Made by a program: the position numbers and the translations under genes. Below are positions 1 to 9,980 of a stretch of DNA of 64,000 bases, piece after piece. A model generated the notes under the pieces. That model was given only the letters and a program-made list of their open reading frames with translations, did not search any database and had not been told where the DNA came from. The DNA lies in the NCBI GenBank assembly GCA_963921275.4, contig OZ001293.3:2848001-2912000 (forward strand). The letters are read 5' to 3'. Origin of the DNA: an uncultured Hormoscilla sp. Lineage in GTDB: Bacteria; Cyanobacteriota; Cyanobacteriia; Cyanobacteriales; Desertifilaceae. How positions within the stretch are numbered: position 1 is the stretch's first letter; each line of letters begins with the position of its first letter.

Positions 1-271
1 CATCCAGCTTTTCTGCGGGCATCAGGGCCAGGTCCAAGTAAGGATCGAAAGCTGTACCAGCTACATAATCATCAATTTGCATCATCAGCGAGGGCACCAA
101 ATTCACTGTCTGATGTAGTTTTGGGTAATTCTCCAGCAACAGCACCAAATCTAGATAATCTTTTGTACCATGTAAGCGCACCCAGGGTAAACGATAGCGA
201 TCGGCCACCCGGCTTTTGTAGAGGGGCTGATGCTGATGCCAGATAAAAGCGATATAAAGGGGATGAGACAT
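1..271 (-). CDS. Glycoside hydrolase family 57, N-terminus (runs off window start)
   Basis: Manual translation from ATG at 271: MSHPLYIAFIWHQHQPLYKS...YRLPWVRLHGTKDY, the GH57 HxHQP motif; not in ORF track because it is open at the edge. Confidence 0.85.
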   Translation of the reverse strand, partial: MSHPLYIAFIWHQHQPLYKSRVADRYRLPWVRLHGTKDYLDLVLLLENYPKLHQTVNLVPSLMMQIDDYVAGTAFDPYLDLALMPAEKLD

Positions 272-276
272 AAGAT

Positions 277-309
277 AGTTCGCAGTTCGTAGTTCGTAGT
301 TCGTAGTTC
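277..309. repeat. Heptamer tandem repeat (AGTTCGT)n, STRR-type
   Basis: About 4.5 copies read directly. Confidence 0.8.
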
Positions 310-468
310 CTCACAGCGCTGCGTTTAAACGGGTGCATCTGGTATAAAGTCCGCGAACTCTATTGACCAATAACCCATATTAAAACATTAAAAACGTCAA
401 AGGCAAAAGAAACAGAGCCGATTCTTTTGCCTTTGAACTACAGAAGCCGAGAATGGTTTTACCTTAAA

Positions 469-738
469 TTACAGCACTTGCTCCACTTCAGCAATCTCGG
501 GGATGTACTCTCGCAGGCGGCGCTCAATTCCCATTTTCAGAGTCATAGTAGAGCTAGGACAAGAACCACAGGCACCTTGTAGCCGCAGTTTGACAACGGG
601 ACCGTCAATCTCTGTCAACTCTACATTACCGCCGTCAGCCATCAGATAAGGGCGCAGTTCATCCAGAACCGCTTCCACGTTCTCGGGTGTGAGTTCCAAT
701 GGGCCTTCTAATGGGGCTTCTAATGTTGCTTGAGACAT
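469..738 (-). CDS. nfuA: NifU C-terminal-domain Fe-S scaffold (Nfu)
   Basis: [13 protein letters not shown]...[11 protein letters not shown]xxC motif. Confidence 0.9.
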   Translation of the reverse strand: MSQATLEAPLEGPLELTPENVEAVLDELRPYLMADGGNVELTEIDGPVVKLRLQGACGSCPSSTMTLKMGIERRLREYIPEIAEVEQVL

Positions 739-809
739 AGTTACCTCTAATTACTTTATCCAATTCCGATTCGATCCTAGCTTATTCCCTAGAAATAGAC
801 TGTTAATTT

Positions 810-1460
810 CTAGACCTTAGCTGGTTGGTGAAGCTTCACGTTAGAGTAGTCAAACACCGTGGTTGTCAACTCACCTTGGCGATCAGTGCGGATCTGCTGA
901 TGTGTCATCAGGTAGTAATCGCCAATTTGGGAGTAGGTGTCTTCAAATTCCACTGACTGGATAGTATCACCTGTCTGGGAATTGCGGAAGACAGCATCAT
1001 ACCGAGTTGGCAAATAACCGGCACCCGTATCCAGGCACTCGTGAGTATCAATAACAAAGGTCATCTCACCCATTACCCGATAGACGTAGCAGATCGTGCG
1101 ATCGCGAATTTTGTAATTCGACCCCATCGCCGCGCCGTCAACCATAATTTCTACAGCCCCCGTGCTGTCTGTTGCTCCAGTGGTAAAGATATTTTTCCCG
1201 TGGGCCTGCTCGAAAGGCGTGCGTTTGCGGTGGGTAATGACATCATTGAGCTGGTTCAATATCCCCTTTTGCACCTCTGGGTCAGGGATACCAGAGACCT
1301 CTACAGTCAGGTCGTGGTTGATGCCGATCTTGCCAGTGTAGACTTCGTCACCTTGCTGGACCTGGATATCGGCGCTGTAACCAGGGAAATTATCATCCCA
1401 GGTATAACGGTTTTCGTAAGCGGCGCGAAATAAGTCGCGAGCAGCTTGTGGTTCCCTCAT
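810..1460 (-). CDS. Conserved cyanobacterial protein (DUF3386-like)
   Basis: ARDLFRAAYENRYTWDxxFPGY N-terminal signature. Confidence 0.75.
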   Translation of the reverse strand: MREPQAARDLFRAAYENRYTWDDNFPGYSADIQVQQGDEVYTGKIGINHDLTVEVSGIPDPEVQKGILNQLNDVITHRKRTPFEQAHGKNIFTTGATDSTGAVEIMVDGAAMGSNYKIRDRTICYVYRVMGEMTFVIDTHECLDTGAGYLPTRYDAVFRNSQTGDTIQSVEFEDTYSQIGDYYLMTHQQIRTDRQGELTTTVFDYSNVKLHQPAKV

Positions 1461-1489
1461 CTCTTGCAGGATCTCCTTGGACTTCTATA

Positions 1490-2590
1490 TTATTTATCAG
1501 CCATCGCGAAGTTAGCGAAGCTGAGCTGATTAACCTTATCCCACCCATAAACCTGGGCGCGAAAAGCCTTCCACTGTTCGTAGACTTGTTTAAAGGTAGC
1601 GTCTTTACTGGTATCTTCTTCATATAAGTCAAAAGAGGCCCGTTCGGCTGCTTGCAGAATTTCGCGAGAATAGGGCCGCAGCTGGGTGCCACCAGCAACC
1701 AAGCGTTTCAGGGCCGCACCGTTTTTGGCATCATACTTAGCTAGCATATTCATATTCGCCTCAAAGGCAGCGGTCTGAAAAATTTCCTGATACTCTTTGG
1801 GTAGCTTGGACCAAGCAGTTTTATTCACCTGCACTTCTAAGGTAGGACCTGGCTCCCACCAGCCCGGATAATAGTAAAACTTCGCCGCTTTATGTAAACC
1901 CAGCTTCTCGTCATCGTAGGGCCCAACCCACTCAGCAGCATCAAGAGCCCCTCTTTCCAGGGCCAGAAAAATCTCCCCTCCGGGCAGCACCTGAGCATTC
2001 ACCCCCAAACTGGCCATCACCTTACCCCCTAGTCCGGGGATGCGCATTTTCAGTCCCTTCAGGTCTGCAACTGCTTGAATTTCCCGCTTAAACCAGCCTC
2101 CCATCTGGGTGCCGGTGTTACCAGCGGGAAAATTGATCGCATTGAAGTCAGCCATTATTTTCTGCATGGCCTCCAGTCCGCCGCCGTGGTACAGCCAGGC
2201 ATTTTGCTGCTGGGCCGTCAGACCAAAGGGCACAGCAGTGCCAAAGGCCAGGGCATGATTTTTGCCAATATAATAATAGCTGGCCGTGTGACCGCATTCG
2301 ACAGTCCCTTGTTGGACAGCATCGAGCACTTGTAATCCCGGCACGATCTCGCCACCAGCAAAGGGAGTAATGGTAAAGCGTCCGCCAGTCATGTCAGAGA
2401 CCCGATCGCACACCGTTTGGGCCCCTCTGAAGATCGTATCGAGGGATTTAGGCCAGCTGGTTGCCATTCGCCATCTGAGATTGGGCAGATCGGAGCTAGC
2501 AGTCTCAACCGAAGGACCGCTACAAGCTCCTATTGGTGCTACCGTAGCAGCACCAAGGGCACCGTTGCGAAGAATTGTTCTGCGTTTCAT
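1490..2590 (-). CDS. TRAP transporter substrate-binding protein (DctP family) with twin-arginine leader
   Basis: MKRRTIL leader, [39 protein letters not shown]. Confidence 0.9.
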   Translation of the reverse strand: MKRRTILRNGALGAATVAPIGACSGPSVETASSDLPNLRWRMATSWPKSLDTIFRGAQTVCDRVSDMTGGRFTITPFAGGEIVPGLQVLDAVQQGTVECGHTASYYYIGKNHALAFGTAVPFGLTAQQQNAWLYHGGGLEAMQKIMADFNAINFPAGNTGTQMGGWFKREIQAVADLKGLKMRIPGLGGKVMASLGVNAQVLPGGEIFLALERGALDAAEWVGPYDDEKLGLHKAAKFYYYPGWWEPGPTLEVQVNKTAWSKLPKEYQEIFQTAAFEANMNMLAKYDAKNGAALKRLVAGGTQLRPYSREILQAAERASFDLYEEDTSKDATFKQVYEQWKAFRAQVYGWDKVNQLSFANFAMADK

Positions 2591-2789
2591 AATGGTCAAG
2601 AGAAGCACGAATAATTAAACTACTAGCAGATTTTGTTATAGTAGCTACATTTAACTGGAAATACGATACTTCACTAGTTAGCGAGTTGTAGAATTACTGG
2701 CTAAAATGAGAACCTACCGGAGAAAAATATTTGCTGGTTAGTGCTTCTCTGGGGGAAAATGACGAGCGATTTGACCAATAGACAATTTC

Positions 2790-3245
2790 ATGCTTAACGT
2801 TCTTGCTGCCCGGTGGGGTCGCCTCTCGGTAGTCACCACGGTTTTACTAGCCATGGGTATGAGTGCGGGGGCAGCTTTGGCGCAACTGCGGATATATAAT
2901 CCCAAACCCCTGCCATTCAGCAATGAGATTACAGATACCCTCTCGGACAATGATATTCCCACTGGCCAGGGTGGGTTTGCCAGAGACTACACGGTGATCT
3001 TAAAGGAGGGAGACCAGATCACCATCGACCTGACTAGCGACCAGTTCGATACGATCGTCACGTTGCTGGATGCCAATGGCTCGACGGTGGCGGAAAATGA
3101 TGATGGTCCCGACGGTAGCACCAACTCTCTGCTGTTTGCCCGGATCGTCGAATCTGGTAGCTATATTGTCCGAGTGCGAGCCTTTGGGGAAAAGCGGGGT
3201 GGCAACTTTAGCCTGAAACTGACCCGCCTCCGCCCAGTTCTCTAG
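2790..3245 (+). CDS. Secreted PPC (pre-peptidase C-terminal) domain protein
   Basis: Signal-peptide-like N-terminus; FDTIVTLLD...ENDDG...GSYIVRVRAF. Confidence 0.75.
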   Translation: MLNVLAARWGRLSVVTTVLLAMGMSAGAALAQLRIYNPKPLPFSNEITDTLSDNDIPTGQGGFARDYTVILKEGDQITIDLTSDQFDTIVTLLDANGSTVAENDDGPDGSTNSLLFARIVESGSYIVRVRAFGEKRGGNFSLKLTRLRPVL

Positions 3246-3250
3246 TTCCT

Positions 3251-3285
3251 GGCACCGGCGCTCCGGTGCCGAAAAAAAATTTTTT
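3251..3285. terminator. GC-rich hairpin followed by A/T tracts, possible intrinsic terminator
   Basis: GGCACCGG-cgct-CCGGTGCC directly after the PPC gene stop. Confidence 0.45.
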
Positions 3286-3305
3286 GGTTAAATGGGAAAA
3301 AAGGG

Positions 3306-3334
3306 TTGTCAACTCAGATCGAGAGTGTTATATT
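3306..3334 (+). promoter_or_regulatory. Sigma70-type promoter of tRNA-Phe
   Basis: TTGTCA, 17 bp spacer, TATATT with extended -10 TG. Confidence 0.6.
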
Positions 3335-3359
3335 AGGTAAAGCACGAAAAAAAGAGTGC

Positions 3360-3432
<73 letters not shown>

Positions 3433-3540
3433 TGTTTATCGGACATCTTCGCCCACCAAGCTTTTCATCGGGCCTGCTCTCTCTACTACCGGTGGCTATC
3501 TGTGCGGAGAGGGGGCGATCGCCCGTTTCTCAACCTGCTG

Positions 3541-4008
3541 CTAAAACTTAATATTTTTCCACTCCCGTGCTTCGGCAAACAGTCTCAAATGTTTGACATT
3601 TTTAGTAGCAACAACAACGTATTGACCTGGATATTCTTCAGTGAGGAGTTTCCAGTGAGCAGAGATAATGATATCTGCATCAATATTTTTATTGTCTGCT
3701 GTCTGCATTCCTTGACTCCGCGCCTCAGCCCAAAGTTGAGCTGCTTCTTTCATTACTTTTTTAGTCAGGGGTAAAAAACAAATAATTTTTTGCAGCGTAT
3801 CTAGCCTATCTATCCCGGCAACATTTGGCTTTGTCATTGATGCTAGAAGTAAACCTCTCCTGACTTCATAATCGCAAATATCTGAAGTTACTACAGATGC
3901 GCTTCTAGCAAGCAAACTCTCAAACCATTTTTGACATTCTTTTGCTTCTCCAGTATTTTGGGGCGACGCCACTAACCCCAGTATTCCCGTGTCTAATAAA
4001 ACAATCAT
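3541..4008 (-). CDS. PIN-domain (VapC-like) ribonuclease toxin
   Basis: VLLDTG, DYEVRRGL, DADIII, VATKNVKHL acidic PIN residues. Confidence 0.85.
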   Translation of the reverse strand: MIVLLDTGILGLVASPQNTGEAKECQKWFESLLARSASVVTSDICDYEVRRGLLLASMTKPNVAGIDRLDTLQKIICFLPLTKKVMKEAAQLWAEARSQGMQTADNKNIDADIIISAHWKLLTEEYPGQYVVVATKNVKHLRLFAEAREWKNIKF

Positions 4009-4682
4009 TATTCTGAGTAAATTTTATGCCCTGGCAGGCGCGTACTATCAACAATTTCCTTAAAATATTCAAAATAGATTTCTCTTTCCTTTGCTTCTTC
4101 TTCTGTGACTTCTTCTTCCAGCCATCCTCTTATTATGGCGATCGCCGCTTGATTTTTTTGCAATTGTTCCTCTGGAGTGCGTCCTTGATGTTTCACAAAT
4201 GGGGTCAACTCATTGTCGAAGCGGTTGACTATCTCCCCTAATACATGAGATTTACTTTTCGATCGCATGTATTGCAAGAGCGATGCAGTACCTCCTTCGT
4301 AAGCAGCAGCCAGTTCGGCATTGAGGGGGTTTTCCTGGAGGTAAAGCAGTTGCAAGTTAGCCAGTTGGACCATTGCCTCTGGCAGGTTGGTTATTTTGTT
4401 TTCCGAGATGTCGAGCACTTGCAAGTTAACGAGTCGTCCGATCGCCTCTGGCAGGCTGGTTATTTTGTTTCCTCTGAGGTTAAGCACTCGCAAGTTAACC
4501 AGTAGTCCGATAGCTTCTGGCAGGTTAGTTATTTGGTTTTCTTTGAGTTCGAGCTTTTGCAAGTTAGGGAGTTGTCCGATCGCCTCTGGCACCTCGGTGA
4601 GACCTAACTTATTGAGGCCTAGTGCTATCCCCTCATCTCGCCGTACTTGTTCGATGCGCTGCTCTGCTGCCTCTATTGCCAT
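4008..4682 (-). CDS. LRR protein with antitoxin-like acidic C-terminal module
   Basis: About four 23-aa LRRs (LPEAIGxLxNLxxLxLxxNxI) and NPL cap, then KNQAAIAIIRGWLEEE...YFEYFKEIVDS; stop overlaps the PIN start (TAATG). Confidence 0.75.
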   Translation of the reverse strand: MAIEAAEQRIEQVRRDEGIALGLNKLGLTEVPEAIGQLPNLQKLELKENQITNLPEAIGLLVNLRVLNLRGNKITSLPEAIGRLVNLQVLDISENKITNLPEAMVQLANLQLLYLQENPLNAELAAAYEGGTASLLQYMRSKSKSHVLGEIVNRFDNELTPFVKHQGRTPEEQLQKNQAAIAIIRGWLEEEVTEEEAKEREIYFEYFKEIVDSTRLPGHKIYSE

Positions 4683-4876
4683 CGCTTTTCCTCCTCACTA
4701 CTCTTCTCAACCGGATGCCATACTTTCTGCTCTTTCGGGAATATCTATCTTCTACTATCCCATTTTAACTAACTCCCTCCGCCGCTGTCAAGGTATTAGG
4801 GTAAGTAGCCCTATCCGTTCCGCTGCCACCCCCATGATAGCATGGTGAGCGATCGCCCCATCCCCAGGTCGGCGAT

Positions 4877-6297
4877 TTAACTGTACTCATCTTCATACTG
4901 AAATTGCGGATGTACCCAAAGAAATTCGCGGCGCTTGTTTTGCACCCGCACTAAGCCCCCAAAGCTTGGGTCTTCTTTCTTTAAAATTGCGTGTAGTTCG
5001 CGCAATATCGCCCCTTCCGCCCGCACTGCGCCATCGAGACCTTCCCATTCCGGTGCATCCTCAGACCCTTCCAGTAGTTTATCACTTCCTTCTATGGTAG
5101 CATCAAGAGTCTCTTGAGAGAGTTCCAGTTCTGCTTCTATGGCAGCATAAGCCGCTTCATCCAGAACCGCTTTAGTAGCAGCGCCTGCTACTAAAGCACT
5201 AAACTTAAGGTTGTTGTCATTATCTTGAGAAATGGCTTTGCCTTCACTAGCCACTTTCGTGGTAAATATAACTCATAGACCCCTTTCTTATTCCCTTCAG
5301 GATTTAAGGCCGGGAGTGGCAGACGGGAGTGTTCGCACCACAGGGTGAGTTTGTATTTGCGGCCCATCCATTTCGGGAAATCGAAAAATCCCGGCTCAAG
5401 GGGCTGGAAACTGAACAGTCGGGGACCGTCTTTCGCTTCATCCAAGAGTATCTGCTGGAACTGAGTAAATTGTAAATCAATTTGACTCAGTATTGCCTGC
5501 TGTTCCCTGCTGAATTGCGGTTGGTCCTCTTGGCTAGCGAGTTGGCGGATGTCTTGCAATTTTTCTGTCTGTTGGGAGTCGAGAGTGACTGGAGGGCTCC
5601 CTGAAGATGGCCCATTCCGTAATAAACTATCAATATTTACCCATCCATCGCATCCCAACAAGTCGCAAAGATATTCATTTTGACCTTTATTTTTGAATTT
5701 AATCAATCTTTCTACTTCAAACAGTCCGTACTCCTATACTCTAGCAAGGCCCGACCATTGTAATCATCATCCAGCAGCAGACCTCGTTTCCAATGTACGC
5801 TATCTTCGTAGTTTGCCCGACCGAGGGAATATTTATGCAGGCGCACGATTAATTAATAAAACAGTCCTTCGGCATTAGCGGAATTTCCGTTTTCATCGAC
5901 AATACGACAAATTTGCTGCTTTTCTTCATGGCTTTTGAGTTTATGGCCCCAGTTTGCTTCTAGTTTCTCCCCGGGGCGCTTATCCGACACCAACTGCGCG
6001 ATCGAGCTAGTCTCCCCGGGTTTTCCACTGGACGGATCTACCACGCGATAGGATAGGTCGAAGCGTTCCCTCAACTTCCGGAATATGGGGTGTAACTCTA
6101 AGGGATAGCGTTCCGTTTCCTCTCGATCGGGGGTTGTGCCACAACAGGTTCAGACGGCTAAAATCAACTAAACCCTGCCTTTCCAGGATTTCCTTATCGT
6201 CCAGGACGAAACTAATTGCTTTTGCCAACCAGTCCAGTTTGAGTATGACGATATTTTTCAGAAGAGGATCCTGATGATAATAAATGAGATTACCCAA
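4877..6297 (-). pseudogene. Fragmented COR-domain / C-terminal part of a Roco (LRR-ROC-COR) protein
   Basis: LIYYHQDPLLKNIVILKLDWLAKAISFVLDD, ERFDLSYR, GPRLFSF, LWCEH and FGGLVRVQNKRREFLWVHP spread over several frames. Confidence 0.7.
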
Positions 6298-6329
6298 GGT
6301 ATGGGAGGAGCAGGAATAAGTCTGCTTCT

Positions 6330-6775
6330 TCCCGGTCCATCTCCTGTTCTGCGCACAGTTCGATTGGCAGAAACAGAATGGCCGAGGGTAAAGGGAGAAT
6401 TATTAACCACTCTGGCAACTCATGATGAATGGAGCGCTGGGAAAGCAAAGATCGAAATTTTCCTCCATGAGGGGATGCTGGATGAGGCGATCGCAATTGT
6501 GGATAATTTCCGTTATTGCGATGACCGAATCATTCACTTGGGTGATGGAAGCTACCGCAGCCCACCGTCCTGATTGGGTGATCGAAAATGCCTGTAGTCG
6601 AGCCATATCTATTATGAACGAGAAAAAGGCAAAATATTACGATGAGGCCGTTGGCTGGTTGAAAAAGGCGAAGGCAGCCTATCTGGCATCGGGACGAACC
6701 AAAGAGTGGTCTACCTATTTAAGTGAGTTAAGGAAGAAACACGCTCGCCAGTACAAGCTGATGGGATTACTCTAA
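6330..6775 (+). pseudogene. C-terminal fragment resembling cyanobacterial SWIM-zinc-finger proteins, frameshifted
   Basis: IFLHEGMLDEAIA...RPDWVI...KAKYYDEAVGWLKKAKAAY...HARQYKLMGLL; no N-terminus. Confidence 0.55.
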
Positions 6776-7183
6776 ATGAACTAAATAGGTAATTTTGTGG
6801 GAGCATCTCTGCACTCAAATCCCCCAATTGGTATGATAATTCCCGCTCTAGGGGACGGGTGAATGGCAATTAGATAACCACAGGCAAAAATTATGGTCGC
6901 CGGTGAAAAAAAGCGCGAATTACACCAGTCCGAGTGAAGATTGGGCCCACAGCAGGTAAAAATTAGGCAAAAAGATAGATATAGAAGCCAAAAGCCAGAA
7001 GAGTTATGCTAAAAGGAAAAATCATTAAACCGCAATAGGCGATCAGGCTCGGTCGATGGCGGTGGTCCCGGCACCAGTCGAGACGAAGGGGATGATTCGG
7101 GAGCTATAACCCACTTTTAACCAACAGGGTCTAGTATGAGAAAGTGCATTGATACTGGTGGCAAACGCTGAGCGGACAGAAAC

Positions 7184-7923
7184 ATGAAAGCACCATTACC
7201 CGATCGCGAATCTCAGAGAATCGCACAGCTTTTGCAGTATGGGATTCTCAATCCAACAGCGGAAGTGGATTTTGAAGATTTCACCCGTTTAGCAGCCCTG
7301 ACTTGTGGCACCCCCATGGCGGCCATCAGCATAGTATGGCGGTACGGGGTTAGGATTGACAATTTGCAAGGAGTTAGTAACTCTTTGGGGAGGGAAAATT
7401 GGCATCAAGTCTCAGCTAAATCAAGGGTCGGAATTTTGGTTGACATTGCCTTGCTCTAAACAAACCACCTCGCGGAATGCGGTGCCAGATGTGAGCTATC
7501 TGACCGATCGGCGGCTGTTAGTGGTGGATGATAATGCTACTAATCGCAAGGTCGTGCATTATCAAGTGGCTCCTTGGGATGGTATGCGATGAGGCGGAAA
7601 ATGCAACTGTTGCTTATGAAATGCTAGAGCAGGCTGCCGAGGAAAATCACCCTTACGATCTGGCTCTGATCGATATGCAAATGCCAGAAACTGATGGCAT
7701 GACTCTCGGAGAACAGATTAAGGCGAATTCAAATCTAGCAGGGGTGCCTTTGGTGATGTTCACTTCCACGGAGCGACGAGACAAAGTGCGGCACGCGCTC
7801 GATATCGGCTTTGCGGCTTATCTAGTCAAACCGATCAAAGCCTCCCGCTTGTTTGATACGTCCGATCGCCAATCATTTTCGCGATACATATTTATTTTTT
7901 TTCAGCGGTTTCCACAAAAATAG
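7184..7923 (+). pseudogene. Collapsed hybrid histidine kinase (GAF start, HATPase end, receiver)
   Basis: MKAPLPDRESQR GAF start; [48 protein letters not shown] in three frames. Confidence 0.8.
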
Positions 7924-7985
7924 AATGCAATGAGTACCGGTCTTCACATCTTATGAATTGGTTTACTCTCTTTAATAGTGAGTTG

Positions 7986-8128
7986 AAGCTGTGATGCTTC
8001 AAATTGCATAATGCAAAATGATCATCAGCTCTGAAATTATTATGGGTAAAGGGTTGCCACGATTTTACCCTTATACCCAGTGCCCGTAGCGCTAGCCCAA
8101 ATATGCAGTGAGCGATGCGCGACAGCTT
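7986..8128. mobile_element. Degenerate MITE / IS remnant with AAGCTGT...ACAGCTT ends
   Basis: Imperfect inverted ends; the right end ATGCGCGACAGCTTA recurs at ~46234-46248. Confidence 0.45.
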
Positions 8129-8209
8129 ATCAACCTGAAAAACGCTGTAATCCTTGTTTTCTTTTCGGTTAACACTCTCAAAATCTGGACTTCATCAAGT
8201 CTACAACTG

Positions 8210-9240
8210 CTATAATATTAAATTATGCTTGCTAAATAGAATGTTAAAAACAAGGGAGCTTTCATAATAGCTTCCAAGAGGTAATTTAACTAACTGCCTA
8301 CTCTTGTCTTCGGTGATTAAATAAGTTTCATATCCTAATGAATTCATGAATTCTCTCAGTTCTGTTTCATTCGTGCCCATTTGTCGCAATCCAAATCTGT
8401 TAATCTCGCAAATAATCTAGCCCACATCATACTTTGAAATTGTATTTACTGCTCCCTTTATCACATCAAGCTCTGCTCCTTCAGTATCAATTTTCATCAT
8501 TTTTATCTGACCGATATTTTCTTGCTGGTTGAGAATATCATCAACTGTATATAGTTGAGAATTCTGCATTATTTGCTTCTCCCTACTTTTTTTATTGAAT
8601 GCATGTTTCCCTACATCCCACAAAGCATGACCGCCATCATTATCTTGATTGTAAAATATTTGTGTTTGCTTCGTTTCCGAACCAATAGCCAGATTAAATA
8701 CACTGACACTGTTGTTTAAGTTATTAAGACTAATATGTTCTAACCTAAGTTGCTACCTATAGAACCTCAACTCCTTGCAAAGCGCCAAAATCAGCCAAAA
8801 TCAGCCAAAATTACCTTGTGATTTACCCCAAAACAGCATTTTGGCGAATAAATTTACCAAAATGGCTGTCTGGGAGGTCGCAATTTTTATAGGTAGCAAC
8901 TTGAGTTATGTTCTAATATTTTTTTATAATTTTCTATTTCTGGCTCAAAAGCAAAAACTTTACCTGCGCTACCCACTATTCTTGCAGCTATAACTGAATA
9001 ATATCCAATATGAGCGCCTATATCTACAAACACGTCACCTTTTTGTAGATATCTGCGAATTAATCTAAAGGTTGATTGCTCATATACTTCACCTTTTTCT
9101 GCCGAGTCAAGCATCATTTTTTGAGTCATTTTATTAGAGTCTAGGAATAGCTTTATTTCTTGATTTTTTTGTCTAATAGAGTTGTCTTCCCACCATTCTA
9201 AGATGATAACTTTTTTATGATTATTTTCTGGATTTTTCAT
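8210..9240 (-). pseudogene. FkbM-family methyltransferase, MITE-disrupted and with an in-frame TAG
   Basis: FVDIGAHIGYY, FAFEP, MKIDTEGAE; removing the insertion restores KILEHISLNNL; TAG at 8417-8419 followed in frame by IICEINRFGL. Confidence 0.9.
8743..8906. mobile_element. 164-bp MITE with 19-bp TIRs and 9-bp target-site duplication
   Basis: TIRs ACCTAAGTTGCTACCTATA and ACTCAAGTTGCTACCTATA (17/19 match); TATGTTCTA duplicated at 8734-8742 and 8907-8915. Confidence 0.9.
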
Positions 9241-9429
9241 TATATTTTTCCCTCTAAATCATTGCCCAATATCTGTTCACCAGTAATCACATTTACCTTA
9301 ATTTTTATATCTTTGGCAACCCAATAGCTCTGTTCGAGGCTCCTTTGCTGTAAGTCGGAGTGGTTATGTCACTTTACCTGTTTCTGATCTAGACTACATC
9401 AAATTATATCGGTATTCCGCAAGATAGTC

Positions 9430-9813
9430 CTATACCCGCGCACCAGCACGTTCCGCCACAAAATTCAGCGCATTCCGACAAGCGTTGTACTCTTGGTTTG
9501 TGGTCGGCAACTCATCACCGGTCTTGAAACTCAGCGATCGCAGCACCGCATTGACACCGGTGGTGGCATTGGAGACAAAGGCCAACTCAGTCTCGTCAGC
9601 ACCGACAAACGCCCCTAACTGACAGCGAGCATCATCCAGCAGCGGTTCCAAATCCCGAACAAAAAAGCCTACAGGATTGCGCTCCAACTGAGATCGCCAA
9701 TATTGCTGCCGTTCTAGTACCGGTAGCGGACAGGCCCCAAAAGATCCATGATTGAGATAGGCCAATGTTGGATCGAGGTACCAGAACTCCCTCCAATCAG
9801 TTTCCTGATACAT
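9430..9813 (-). pseudogene. Class V PLP aminotransferase (isopenicillin-N-epimerase-like), N-terminal third only
   Basis: YLNHGSFGACP, FVSNATTGVNAVLRSL; ends after 127 aa. Confidence 0.8.
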
Positions 9814-9980
9814 AAGTACATAGATAAAATTATTTTGATATTTTTCCCAGCCGTCAATTCCAGAGAAGTTAAATCCCTGAAAGCCTTATGAGATATGGCT
9901 TGATCGCCCTAATCACCCTGCCCGTTCGCGCTTTTCCACAAATCTAAAAATCATTTTGCACAACTCCTTATCTGTTTAAA

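Noticed and set aside
72..338. 88-aa ORF in the track
   Set aside because: Wrong frame; the GH57 reading frame from 271 explains this DNA.
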